A stretch of 64,000 bases of DNA from the IMG/VR virus record IMGVR_UViG_3300042261_000976, positions 4,627-68,626 of that record; one strand, written 5' to 3'. The notes beneath the pieces were generated by a model that saw only the letters and a list, made by a program, of their open reading frames with translations, made no database searches and had not been told where the DNA came from. Source of the stretch: a virus. The position numbers were made by a program, and so were the translations under genes. Numbering within the stretch: the stretch's first letter is position 1; each line of letters begins with the position of its first letter. Positions 1 to 9,066 of the stretch are shown one piece after another.

Positions 1-1
1 A

Positions 2-183
2 ATAAATATCAGTCATCCAGTAACATCACACAAAAAGGATCTTTTGGAATTCATAGAAGATGAATTCGATTATATTGATAATATTAAATATCACCTTCCA
101 TACAGTAATGCACGTATAGATCAGAATAGAGAAAAATTCAAAAAAGATCTCTTAAAATTCAAGTCAGACTTGGTTTCTAAATA
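2..183 (+). CDS. 3'-partial CDS (C-terminal ~60 aa of upstream gene), hypothetical
   Basis: frame 2 open from window edge to TAA at 181-183; K/E/D-rich coding-like composition. Confidence 0.35.
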
Positions 184-247
184 ATTTTTAAATTTTTTTA
201 TAAGGTAAACTTTCGTTAATTTTGTATCTAAATTAAAAAGAAATCGT

Positions 248-682
248 ATGCCGAAAAACCTCTCTACAAAATATGAAGATTTCGTGAACGAAAACCTTCC
301 AATGAAGAAGAAACCTACCAAACAAGAAATTAAAAATCAAGTTTTTGAATGCTTAACAAAATCTGATAAGAAATTATCATTACATGAAATTAGCACTCAA
401 ACATGTCAAAAAACAGACAATGTTTACGTTGCAATAATAGGAATAAAAGAAGTAAAATCCAAAAAAATTGGAGATATAAACTATTGGTATATTAATGAAA
501 ATCAAAAAGATCCAATAGTAGTAAAAAAAGTTTCTGCACAAAAAACAGATCCTATGTTGGAGCGTTGGTTGAAGGAAGATGATCCTAATAATAGAAAGAT
601 ATTCAGGAATCACGAAGATTACATGCAATATGTTAATCCTGAAAGACCTTTGAAAAAGGTAAGAAAATCCAAAAAGAAATAA
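248..682 (+). CDS. hypothetical basic protein (144 aa)
   Basis: ATG ORF, Lys-rich; no recognisable domain. Confidence 0.5.
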   Translation: MPKNLSTKYEDFVNENLPMKKKPTKQEIKNQVFECLTKSDKKLSLHEISTQTCQKTDNVYVAIIGIKEVKSKKIGDINYWYINENQKDPIVVKKVSAQKTDPMLERWLKEDDPNNRKIFRNHEDYMQYVNPERPLKKVRKSKKK

Positions 683-683
683 T

Positions 684-1124
684 ATGACAACTGTACATGA
701 ATTAATACCAGTATTACAGACAGCTATCGGTCCTATGATTCTTATATCTGGGATTGGATTGTTAATGTTATCAATGTCAAATAGACTTGGGAGAATTATT
801 GATAGGTCTAGGGTTTTATCTAATGATTTACTTACAGATCAAGATAAGATTGAAAAGGAATTAGCCATTCTTTGGAAAAGAGCTAAGACTTTAAGAAAAT
901 CTATAGCTTTACTTTTATCCAGTGCCCTTTGTGCCGCTATTCTTATTATTATGATATTTTTTACGGCTTTGTTTCAGTTAGAAACTGCATGGTTATTAGT
1001 AACTCTTTTTACTATTGGTATGTGCTGTGTTATAACTTCTCTTTCTCTTTATATCTATGATATTAATATGTCTTTGGCAGCTATAAAATTAGAAATGCCT
1101 GCAAATATAATTAGAAAGAAGTAA
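684..1124 (+). CDS. small polytopic membrane protein (DUF2721-like)
   Basis: ATG 2 nt after previous stop; 3-4 hydrophobic helices. Confidence 0.5.
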   Translation: MTTVHELIPVLQTAIGPMILISGIGLLMLSMSNRLGRIIDRSRVLSNDLLTDQDKIEKELAILWKRAKTLRKSIALLLSSALCAAILIIMIFFTALFQLETAWLLVTLFTIGMCCVITSLSLYIYDINMSLAAIKLEMPANIIRKK

Positions 1125-1416
1125 TATACTTACTTTCATTGAGAAAACTCTCGAATTTTTTCATTATATTCTTTGTTCCACCTATAGCTATTTGATAAGC
1201 ATATTTTGTTGGAGGCCATTCTAGTTCTATGCCAATTTTTTTCATAGTTTCTGTAAGATTCACTCCCATTGCTTCCGGTCCTGTGGATACTACACATTCT
1301 GGATGATCTTTTTCAAATTTCAAGATCTCTTTCTTTAATTGTGACCTGGCTGTTCCCTGCCAATACAATACACATCTTTTTTGATAATCAGTCCAATCTG
1401 GGTGTTTTATTCCCAT
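1111..1416 (-). CDS. hypothetical protein; frame stays open upstream to ~1588 without ATG (possible frame break)
   Basis: track ORF; same frame open ~57 codons further up; ATG at 1600 is in another frame. Confidence 0.4.
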   Translation of the reverse strand: MGIKHPDWTDYQKRCVLYWQGTARSQLKKEILKFEKDHPECVVSTGPEAMGVNLTETMKKIGIELEWPPTKYAYQIAIGGTKNIMKKFESFLNESKYITSF

Positions 1417-1624
1417 TTTTTTTATATGTTCTCCTATATCAAACTTATTCCATATTATATAAAGAGGTTTATCAATTTTGAAATAATCTTCTAATTTAGG
1501 AAGACCTGGAGGACATTTATCTTTTCCCCAATTTGGACAACCTTTTGGAAGGTTTTCTACAAAGACCTCTAACTGAATAATCTATAACTGGATCAACTTT
1601 AGTGTACATATATTTTTATATATT

Positions 1625-1646
1625 AAAAATTAATATATAAAAATAT
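1625..1646 (+). promoter_or_regulatory. putative promoter TTAATATATAAAAATAT
   Basis: motif immediately upstream of ATG 1647. Confidence 0.3.
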
Positions 1647-2291
1647 ATGAAGACATTCTCTAATATAATTAAAGAAGCTAAATATTTTGAAGGAACACAA
1701 ATAGTTCAAATGACAAAAGAGCTATGTGCTAAATATTTGAACGATATTAAAGAACTTAATATAAGAGAAAGAGAATTAAACGAATATGAATGGCATTTAT
1801 GGTCAGATAAAGATATAATGATGGATCTTCCTATGAAATGGGAAATGAGTTATTTAATATTACTTGGGGATAAATTTATAGGATCACAAATCAATACTCA
1901 AAAAGAAACAAAAGATGGAGAAAAATTCATTCATACTAATAGAGTTATAATAGATAAAGATTATAGAAATTTTAAATTGTTATGGGAACTTTATCAGAAA
2001 TTATATGATAATTGTAAAAAACATGGTTTTAAATATTGCACTTGTTTCACACCATCCTTCAAAGTAAAAGAATTAAATACAAATATTCTTGGAATGGAAT
2101 TAATTAAAAACGGTGATATAGTAAGCCATTTCATAACATCTATAAAATGGCTATCAATGGATAATGATGGTAAACTTCATTACGAAGACGGTGATATGGG
2201 ATGGTATTTCATGATAAAAACCTTTCATGGAAATTTTCCAAAATTAGAAAAATCAAAAAAGACATTCATAGATAAGTCCCCATATTTATAA
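1647..2291 (+). CDS. hypothetical protein with CTS-like N-terminus MKTFSNIIKE
   Basis: ATG ORF preceded by TTAATATATAAAAATAT motif. Confidence 0.5.
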   Translation: MKTFSNIIKEAKYFEGTQIVQMTKELCAKYLNDIKELNIRERELNEYEWHLWSDKDIMMDLPMKWEMSYLILLGDKFIGSQINTQKETKDGEKFIHTNRVIIDKDYRNFKLLWELYQKLYDNCKKHGFKYCTCFTPSFKVKELNTNILGMELIKNGDIVSHFITSIKWLSMDNDGKLHYEDGDMGWYFMIKTFHGNFPKLEKSKKTFIDKSPYL

Positions 2292-3911
2292 TTACTTTAG
2301 ATATTTAATCGCATCTAAAAAATATTTAGGCATCATCTTCCTATTGTATCTTAATATATCATCAAAAGAACTATCTAATATAAAAGTGTGACTCCAGTCA
2401 GTATCACTTCTGGTAGATCTACCATACGCTTGAACTATATCTACAATAGTTCTCCAAGCATACCAATCCTTTTTTGATTTCTGTCTAGCTTTAACCTTAT
2501 TACTCGAAATGTTTGGATAAGGAACTTTCAACAATATCTGAAATCTACTTAAATCATCATCCATAGAAATTCCAGAAACCATTGATGGTGAAACTATTAC
2601 ACCATTCTTTTTCTTCTTCATTTTATCAAGTTGTTTCTCTCTATCTTCTGTTTCGTGGAATATAAGACGTTTATCGTCTATTGCATTTTCTAACCATTTA
2701 GCAATTTCATAATTGGTTGTATGTATGATTCCTCTATTATCTTTATATTTTGCTAATATTTTATTTATTACTTTTAATTGTTCTTTGAAGGTAGCTTCCT
2801 TTTTTTCATAAGTCATTTTCCCAGCTTGGTAATAATATAAAGGGCGATTTTTGACAGGAAATGTAGAATCTACTTCAAAATAGTCAGTTAAATCTTCATC
2901 AAATCCATTAAGATAAGAAAATATATTTTTGTCTAAAATAGAACCACTCATAAATATCACATGGTCATATTTGCTCCAAATAAAATCATCAAGATAAACA
3001 TGTCCCCATATTGGTTGTAAATTAAGTTCTATTTCATTCAGTTTGCTCTTTGTAATATCAAGAGTCCAATTATATTCATTCTTTTCAAAATCTTTTAATA
3101 ATCCTTCGAAATTCTTTTCTGCACTATCAATATTAACAATATAATTAGCGTGAGCGGCTTTTAATTTTTCATTTGGAACATCAGAAAGAGTATCTATGAA
3201 ATGTTGTTTTAATTCTGCCAGATACGGTATGAAATCTCTTTCTAAGAAACTTATAAATCCACCCGGAGTTTTTATTCCAGCAAACTTACGAATATACGAA
3301 TCAACCACTTGATCTTCAACTCCATATAGTTTTAGAGCTCTTGGGCTTAATTTTACTGAAATAAAATCGCAGAAAACAGATTCAAAGTCGTGAGCTTCAT
3401 CCACTATTAAAACGTTAGCAGATCTTTTTTGCATTGTTTCTGGAACGAAAAATGCAAAGCTATTGAATAGATGGAAATTTGTTAAAGACATTGTTCCTTC
3501 TGTCCAAGCTTCTTTTGCTGCGTCATATTGACAACTGGCGCATGGCATAAGTTTAGATGCTCTATTTAATTCTTTACCTGTATGACAATCCGTTTTGTGT
3601 CTAATACACTTATAATTAGATTGTCCTCTAAGGTCGTTTATGGAGTCGAATTCCTTTTTATATTGTTGTTGTAGTATTTTGCTATTAGTAATAATATCAA
3701 ATTTTGCTGATGTGTTTATGTAATTTTTATACCAATTCATAAACATCATAGCAAAATAGGATTTTCCAGAACCTGTTGGGGCATTCAATAAAATGAATTT
3801 CTTACCATTATTTATTGAATGTTTAGTGAGATTGAATATCTCAATTTGTTGTTCTCTTGGTTTATATTTTAATGGAAAATATATCTTTAATTCATCGTCT
3901 ATAGAAATCAT
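2292..3911 (-). CDS. DinG/XPD (Rad3)-family ATP-dependent DNA helicase with FeS cluster
   Basis: PREQQ, APTGSGKS Walker A, DEAH box, 4-Cys cluster CIRHKTDCH..CASC, C-terminal AYGRSTRSDTD motif. Confidence 0.8.
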   Translation of the reverse strand: MISIDDELKIYFPLKYKPREQQIEIFNLTKHSINNGKKFILLNAPTGSGKSYFAMMFMNWYKNYINTSAKFDIITNSKILQQQYKKEFDSINDLRGQSNYKCIRHKTDCHTGKELNRASKLMPCASCQYDAAKEAWTEGTMSLTNFHLFNSFAFFVPETMQKRSANVLIVDEAHDFESVFCDFISVKLSPRALKLYGVEDQVVDSYIRKFAGIKTPGGFISFLERDFIPYLAELKQHFIDTLSDVPNEKLKAAHANYIVNIDSAEKNFEGLLKDFEKNEYNWTLDITKSKLNEIELNLQPIWGHVYLDDFIWSKYDHVIFMSGSILDKNIFSYLNGFDEDLTDYFEVDSTFPVKNRPLYYYQAGKMTYEKKEATFKEQLKVINKILAKYKDNRGIIHTTNYEIAKWLENAIDDKRLIFHETEDREKQLDKMKKKKNGVIVSPSMVSGISMDDDLSRFQILLKVPYPNISSNKVKARQKSKKDWYAWRTIVDIVQAYGRSTRSDTDWSHTFILDSSFDDILRYNRKMMPKYFLDAIKYLK

Positions 3912-3961
3912 AAACCATATATTAAGAAAAAGAAATAATGTTTTAGTAAAAAATTTAAAAC

Positions 3962-3988
3962 AAAAAACCCAGTTTTCACTGGGTTTTA
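3962..3988 (-). terminator. intrinsic terminator hairpin (cccagt-tttc-actggg) flanked by A-run/T-run
   Basis: perfect 6-bp stem plus T-run on minus strand immediately 3' of gene 3994..4227. Confidence 0.5.
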
Positions 3989-3993
3989 GTTTC

Positions 3994-4227
3994 TTAAGAT
4001 TCTTTAATTTCCTTTTTCTTTACGACCATCACTATTAAAGCTATGATAGCAAGGATGTCAAAAATGAAAAGACCGCTACCATACACGTCAACAGTGCCAC
4101 CAGACATACCAACGCTATATCCTATGATCATACCAATAAGCACTGCTGCTCCAACAGGAATCAGGGAAAGCCATTTCCACCCGTTTCTCCAAGCGAAAAT
4201 TGTTAAAATAATTTCGATTAATAACAT
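3994..4227 (-). CDS. small membrane protein (2 TM)
   Basis: ORF with two hydrophobic helices, followed by terminator. Confidence 0.4.
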   Translation of the reverse strand: MLLIEIILTIFAWRNGWKWLSLIPVGAAVLIGMIIGYSVGMSGGTVDVYGSGLFIFDILAIIALIVMVVKKKEIKES

Positions 4228-4299
4228 AGTTTAAGTTTTAAATTGTTAATATTAAAAGTTATATTTTCAAAAATACTAAAAGTTTTTTGTTAAAAAAAA

Positions 4300-4334
4300 T
4301 TAATATATAAATATTATAAAATAAACTCAATATA
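4300..4334 (+). promoter_or_regulatory. putative promoter, TTAATATATAAATATTATAAAAT motif
   Basis: shared TTAATATATA core 25-35 nt upstream of many ATGs. Confidence 0.3.
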
Positions 4335-4499
4335 ATGATCAAGAAATATAATGATTTTATAAACGTTTCAATAAACGAACAATATTATGATTACAGTCAG
4401 GATAGAAAATTCAAAGTGCCCGTTAGATTAAATAATGATGATGAACCATATCGAATAGTAGCAAGACAATTAGACGATTTACAAAGAGCCGAAATATGA
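4335..4499 (+). CDS. small ORF (54 aa) MIKKYNDFINVS..., CTS-like leader
   Basis: ATG ORF below track cutoff; ATGA overlap with next gene; promoter motif upstream. Confidence 0.3.
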   Translation: MIKKYNDFINVSINEQYYDYSQDRKFKVPVRLNNDDEPYRIVARQLDDLQRAEI

Positions 4500-4780
4500 G
4501 TAAAAACGATAAAATAATAAAAAAATTTAGTATCTTTGAGAATAAAATCTTTGGATTTAAATCTTTAGATTATGTTGATAGTTTTGCAGAACTCTTTACC
4601 GTTATATCTGAAATGAAAAGAAAAAAGATAATAGACGGTGAAGGGAATTTATTAATTGATCCATATGAAATAGGGCATAAAGTTCCAGGGTTTGATGATT
4701 TATTCGAAGAGACAGAAGATTATTTTGCAACTTTAGCTATAGTTAAAGATATACTAGATAAGTATTATAAAGTTATATGA
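4496..4780 (+). CDS. hypothetical protein
   Basis: track ORF, ATGA-coupled to neighbours. Confidence 0.45.
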   Translation: MSKNDKIIKKFSIFENKIFGFKSLDYVDSFAELFTVISEMKRKKIIDGEGNLLIDPYEIGHKVPGFDDLFEETEDYFATLAIVKDILDKYYKVI

Positions 4781-5358
4781 TAAAGACATTTGAAGAATAT
4801 GATTACGTTCACGATAATAGTTTAGTTTGGGTAGTTGGAATCCCAAGCGGTGAGGCTTTACAAATACCACACGAGAACCTAAATCCTCTTTACGCTGAAA
4901 AATTAATATGGTACGATAATAAATATACTGGCGTTGGATTCTACGCCTTTAATGATGACGACATTTCCTTAGTTAAAAGATATATATCCCCTCCTAAAAA
5001 ATCTAAAGATTTAAAAGTTGTTCCACCAAAAATGAAAACAACTAATGGTCCTGATATAATGATATATAATCATCATTTTGATGATGCTTTGATAGATACA
5101 ATTGTTGGTATTATGCACGATTATCCAACAGAAATAGAACTTTATGTCCAAGACGAATGTATGGGCATAACATATGGTGATTATTATATCGAAATAGATT
5201 TAGAAGAAGGAAGAAGCCCTAGATATAGATTGGTAAAAAGACGTAATCTTTCATTCTCTTCTATAGGAATGGGAACAGGTTCCGATATTCTAGACAAATA
5301 CGGAGTATCTACTGATAGACAATTAATAGATAGAATAGAAACGGAATTATACACTTAA
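4777..5358 (+). CDS. hypothetical protein, N-term MIKTFEEYDY
   Basis: track ORF; CTS-like leader. Confidence 0.5.
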   Translation: MIKTFEEYDYVHDNSLVWVVGIPSGEALQIPHENLNPLYAEKLIWYDNKYTGVGFYAFNDDDISLVKRYISPPKKSKDLKVVPPKMKTTNGPDIMIYNHHFDDALIDTIVGIMHDYPTEIELYVQDECMGITYGDYYIEIDLEEGRSPRYRLVKRRNLSFSSIGMGTGSDILDKYGVSTDRQLIDRIETELYT

Positions 5359-6027
5359 CCCCTGTAACATCTCAATCATCTCCGGCATTGGAAACATATC
5401 AGACTTATCACTTCTGTAACTAACATGTGTCCATATTCCTGGTTGACCTCCAATAGCATTCTTACTAACATCCCACATATCTTCATTATAAGTTTTTGGA
5501 ATATTCCATTTATCACAAAGATAAGTTACTAAACTAGCTACTGAATTTATTTGTTGTGGAGTGTATTTTTCAAAATACAAATAATCTCTAAATGGTTCTT
5601 CAAACGTCAAAACATTATCATCAGGAATAGTTACTTTAGTTGTCCCTGCTGGATGGTACCCATTATCATCCACAGATAATCCTCCCCAATTACATATCTC
5701 AATAGCAATAGAAGACTTATTCAATAATAAGTTTCTAGACCCATAATCCGCAAATCCTAATTTTTGTAGAAATGTAGATTTTATTCCCAAATGATGGGCC
5801 CAAAACTTCGAAGAATATAATTGATATATTGTTCCGTCTCCTTGTACAACAAATTGTGTCGCAACCTTTTGTGGATCTTGATTCCACCAATCAATAACTC
5901 CTTGTGCTTTTGAACCGGATACTGTATGATGTAAAACTATTTGATTTTTAGGAGTTTCCTCTTTATAATATTGATTTTCAGAAAAATTTACTTGAACTAT
6001 TGTTGATAAATCTAGTGGTGTTGCCAT
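5347..6027 (-). CDS. N-acetylmuramoyl-L-alanine amidase (Amidase_2/PGRP/T7-lysozyme fold), endolysin-like
   Basis: IVLHHTVSGS, AHHLG, IAIEICNWGG, GIWTHVSYR, DKSDMFP zinc-amidase motifs. Confidence 0.75.
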   Translation of the reverse strand: MATPLDLSTIVQVNFSENQYYKEETPKNQIVLHHTVSGSKAQGVIDWWNQDPQKVATQFVVQGDGTIYQLYSSKFWAHHLGIKSTFLQKLGFADYGSRNLLLNKSSIAIEICNWGGLSVDDNGYHPAGTTKVTIPDDNVLTFEEPFRDYLYFEKYTPQQINSVASLVTYLCDKWNIPKTYNEDMWDVSKNAIGGQPGIWTHVSYRSDKSDMFPMPEMIEMLQGLSV

Positions 6028-6031
6028 GGTT

Positions 6032-6538
6032 TTAATATTTATTTTTGTAAGGGTTAATATCCATTTTTGCCATATTTTCCCTCATTTCTCTGTGTTTATC
6101 CACAAATTCTCTTTGTGGCAGATTCTTATCCATTCTAAATTCTATATCTTCTTCAAGATTTTGATCTAGATTTATTGGTTGAATTCTTTCTTCTAAAATA
6201 TCATCTAATATATTTGATAGAAATTGTCTGGTATCTCCAGTTGTTTTATAACAAAAGTCGTATTGTTTATCTTCGTCGTAAATAGAAAAGTTATCTATTG
6301 GAATAGAATTATCTAAATAAAAATTAAGAGTTCCTATATTTCCATCTTTTACTATATAATTTCCTTTTTCAAGGCTATATCTTTTAACGAAAGGATCTTT
6401 AATTTTAATAACTATTTGACCAGGACCTTTATTTCCTTCTTTTTGTGCTTCATTTGTTTTAGAAATACCAAAATCTTTCTTATATTCTTTGATAGTTCTA
6501 AACTTACGCATTGTTATACTAGACGCTACAACTTCCAT
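6032..6538 (-). CDS. hypothetical protein
   Basis: track ORF; internal Met MRKFRTIKEYKK has CTS-like pattern. Confidence 0.45.
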   Translation of the reverse strand: MEVVASSITMRKFRTIKEYKKDFGISKTNEAQKEGNKGPGQIVIKIKDPFVKRYSLEKGNYIVKDGNIGTLNFYLDNSIPIDNFSIYDEDKQYDFCYKTTGDTRQFLSNILDDILEERIQPINLDQNLEEDIEFRMDKNLPQREFVDKHREMRENMAKMDINPYKNKY

Positions 6539-6581
6539 TTAGAATGTTTTTATTGTATATATAAATTGATTGAAGGTCTAA

Positions 6582-7007
6582 CTAATATTTTTTAACATGG
6601 TGTGGATCAGCTGCTAATATTCCACCACCATCATCAAATCTTATTCTATATTTACCATCTTCTCTTATTGATAAAAATATTCCAGTTTCTCCGTCATGGT
6701 GATTACCTGGATTTTCATACATGATTTTATCTCCATTATTAAATTCAATTTCTGTTTGATGTCTTTGACGTAATCTACGTTGGAATTCATCATCCTCTTC
6801 TCTTCTCCTTTTTCTCCTATCTTCGTCATCTTGTTCCCTTCTTCTTCTTTGTTGTTCAAACCCGTTTGGATTTATTGGATTAAGAGGACTCATTGGATTT
6901 GACGGATTTATAGGATTTAGCGGGCTTATAGGATTCATTGGATTAAGAGGATTGGAAGGATCCATAAAATTCCATTCTTCAAATGTTCTTAAATTATTCA
7001 TGTTCAT
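6582..7007 (-). CDS. hypothetical protein with NPxSPLNP tandem repeats and R/E-rich segment
   Basis: N-term MNMNNLRTFEEWNFMDP; repeats at nt ~6860-6960. Confidence 0.5.
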   Translation of the reverse strand: MNMNNLRTFEEWNFMDPSNPLNPMNPISPLNPINPSNPMSPLNPINPNGFEQQRRRREQDDEDRRKRRREEDDEFQRRLRQRHQTEIEFNNGDKIMYENPGNHHDGETGIFLSIREDGKYRIRFDDGGGILAADPHHVKKY

Positions 7008-7015
7008 ATTTTTTT

Positions 7016-7630
7016 TTAAAATGCTGGGGCTGCTTGAGATCCTCCTGCTGGTTGTGGAAACGCTGGTGCTTGTTGTGCTGGTGGTATCGCTTGAGCGGGT
7101 GGTGGCATTCCTCCTTGTGCTGGTGGCATTCCTCCTTGTGCTGGTGGCATTCCACCGGGAGCGCCTGGTTGTTGTGGTTGTTGTGCTTCCTTTTCTTTAG
7201 GAGTTTCTATTTTATTTTCATCTGGATTTTCTTTTGTGTTATCGTCTGTTTCTGAAATCTTTTGAATAATAAAATCTTCTTTTATATCATCAATCTTAAC
7301 TTGTTTATCATTGGTTAATTGCAAAGTCCATACTGGTTGACCGCCGTTTGGTTCATCTATTTTAGAAGGATCGTATTTCTTTATAATGACATCACAGTTT
7401 TCTAAATCTTCTACTGAGAATCTAATTATCATTTGGAAATAAAATTCGGCGTCAGCAAAATTTGTTATAATAGATCTTTTAGAAGCTGGTGAACTTACGA
7501 CTTGATCAACTGGAGCAGAGCTCATTGAGAAAGAACCGTTTTGAAACCAGTATGTAATTCTTTCTTTCACTTTCTTGATTATTTGATCTAACTCATAATC
7601 TGCTTGCATGAACTCCTCGAACATTTTCAT
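7016..7630 (-). CDS. hypothetical protein with C-terminal (GGMPPAQ)x3 P/Q-rich tail
   Basis: N-term MKMFEEFMQ; 21-nt tandem repeats at ~7080-7150. Confidence 0.5.
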   Translation of the reverse strand: MKMFEEFMQADYELDQIIKKVKERITYWFQNGSFSMSSAPVDQVVSSPASKRSIITNFADAEFYFQMIIRFSVEDLENCDVIIKKYDPSKIDEPNGGQPVWTLQLTNDKQVKIDDIKEDFIIQKISETDDNTKENPDENKIETPKEKEAQQPQQPGAPGGMPPAQGGMPPAQGGMPPPAQAIPPAQQAPAFPQPAGGSQAAPAF

Positions 7631-7783
7631 ATTTGCGAATTTTTATTTTAATATATATATTAAAACTTAAAAACCGATTATGATTAAAAGATTTAATATT
7701 TTCGAACAACATGTTATAGACATGGAAAAATTAGAGAAGAAGATTGGGATGAAACAGATCTTAAAGTCGGCGATTATATAAAA

Positions 7784-7981
7784 TTGAAAGATAAACACAT
7801 GGCACAATATAAACAAGCTCCTCACTGGGGAAATTATCCTGAGGGATGGTTTAATGCTGACGATAGAATAGGAACAAATCTTGGTAGTATTATAAGATTT
7901 TCTCAATACGAAGGCATTGATAGTGTTGTAACATCAAATTTTAAAGCTTATAGAATTAGTTGTGTTAAAAAAATAAAATAA
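7784..7981 (+). CDS. hypothetical ORF (TTG start); may be 3' part of a gene starting at ATG 7680 broken at an A5 run
   Basis: 33-codon ATG ORF 7680-7781 (MIKRFNIFEQ) in another frame overlaps; this frame open from 7697. Confidence 0.3.
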   Translation: MKDKHMAQYKQAPHWGNYPEGWFNADDRIGTNLGSIIRFSQYEGIDSVVTSNFKAYRISCVKKIK

Positions 7982-7984
7982 AAT

Positions 7985-8296
7985 ATGAAAAAAGTAATAA
8001 CATTTAGTGAATATCTTATCTTAGAACAAGACGGTGGCGGAGGAGTTGGATTCGCTACACCAAATGCCGGTGGTATGGGAAATGTTGTTGCTCCTACAGT
8101 TGGGTCTGTACCAGGATCTACTTGGGGAAATGGTTCGGGAATGAAAGGAAGCGGTGATTCTTCTGCTTATGATACTGGTAAAAAATTTGGAATGAAAGTT
8201 CAGAAAGAAAAAAAACAAAAAAAAGTAAAAAAAACCAAAAAAAAAACTAAGGAGGAAGCTCCAAGATATTTTACGAAAGAATACATGCGTTTATGA
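7985..8296 (+). CDS. Gly-rich / Lys-rich small protein
   Basis: MKKVITFSEYLILEQDGGGG..; K-rich tail encoded by A-homopolymer runs. Confidence 0.45.
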   Translation: MKKVITFSEYLILEQDGGGGVGFATPNAGGMGNVVAPTVGSVPGSTWGNGSGMKGSGDSSAYDTGKKFGMKVQKEKKQKKVKKTKKKTKEEAPRYFTKEYMRL

Positions 8297-9066
8297 AGTT
8301 AAAAAGATTTAACGAAAACTGGGAAGGTGATCTTCAGGATAGGTTATCTAACCTTGAAAGTTATTATAAACAACAGGAAGAAGAAGAAAATCTTCCTGTT
8401 GAGAATTTTCAAATGTTTCCTAAAGAACCCCTCAGAGATGCTATAAAGAGAGCCAAGACATTGGCTATGAAAAAGGGTATAGTTGTAAAATTCAATTGTA
8501 ATGGAATTCCTATATCAGTAAATAAATCTTCCGATTCAAATAAAATAGAAGATGATTTCGTTGAAAAATATAATAATAAATATCCAAAATATAAAAAACC
8601 AAAAAAAGCACAAGAAAAAATATTCAAAGTTGAAAAAGACTCTGAATTTCGAAACGTAACACAAAAAGCTATAAATTATGCTAAAGAGAATGATATAGTG
8701 GTTTACGTTACATTTAACGGTATTAAAAAAGAAGTAAATAAAGATACAAACTTATTAGATTTGGAAAATGATTTTATTCTAGATATAGGAAGAAATCAAC
8801 TTTCACACATTCCAAATCCATTTAAGAGTAAAGTTGAATTTAATACAACACTACACGATGTTGTAGGTTTGCCTAGTGGTCAAATTTTATACATGACAAC
8901 AGAACAAATAACATGGATGAAAGCACGAAATTATGTTACTTTTAAAACTACCTGGAAGAGACCTATAAGCGGTGGCGGAATAAAGCCTGTAGAATTAAAT
9001 AAATACGTTTTTGAAGACGCTAAATATACAGAAATAATAGAAAAACTCGATATAATATGGCATTAA
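8293..9066 (+). CDS. hypothetical protein
   Basis: ATGA overlap with upstream gene. Confidence 0.5.
   Translation: MKLKRFNENWEGDLQDRLSNLESYYKQQEEEENLPVENFQMFPKEPLRDAIKRAKTLAMKKGIVVKFNCNGIPISVNKSSDSNKIEDDFVEKYNNKYPKYKKPKKAQEKIFKVEKDSEFRNVTQKAINYAKENDIVVYVTFNGIKKEVNKDTNLLDLENDFILDIGRNQLSHIPNPFKSKVEFNTTLHDVVGLPSGQILYMTTEQITWMKARNYVTFKTTWKRPISGGGIKPVELNKYVFEDAKYTEIIEKLDIIWH

Noticed and set aside
121-321. Minus-strand ORF 121..321
   Set aside because: It overlaps the 3' partial plus-strand CDS and the start of 248..682. It has a Phe-rich low-complexity translation typical of antisense reading of K-rich genes.
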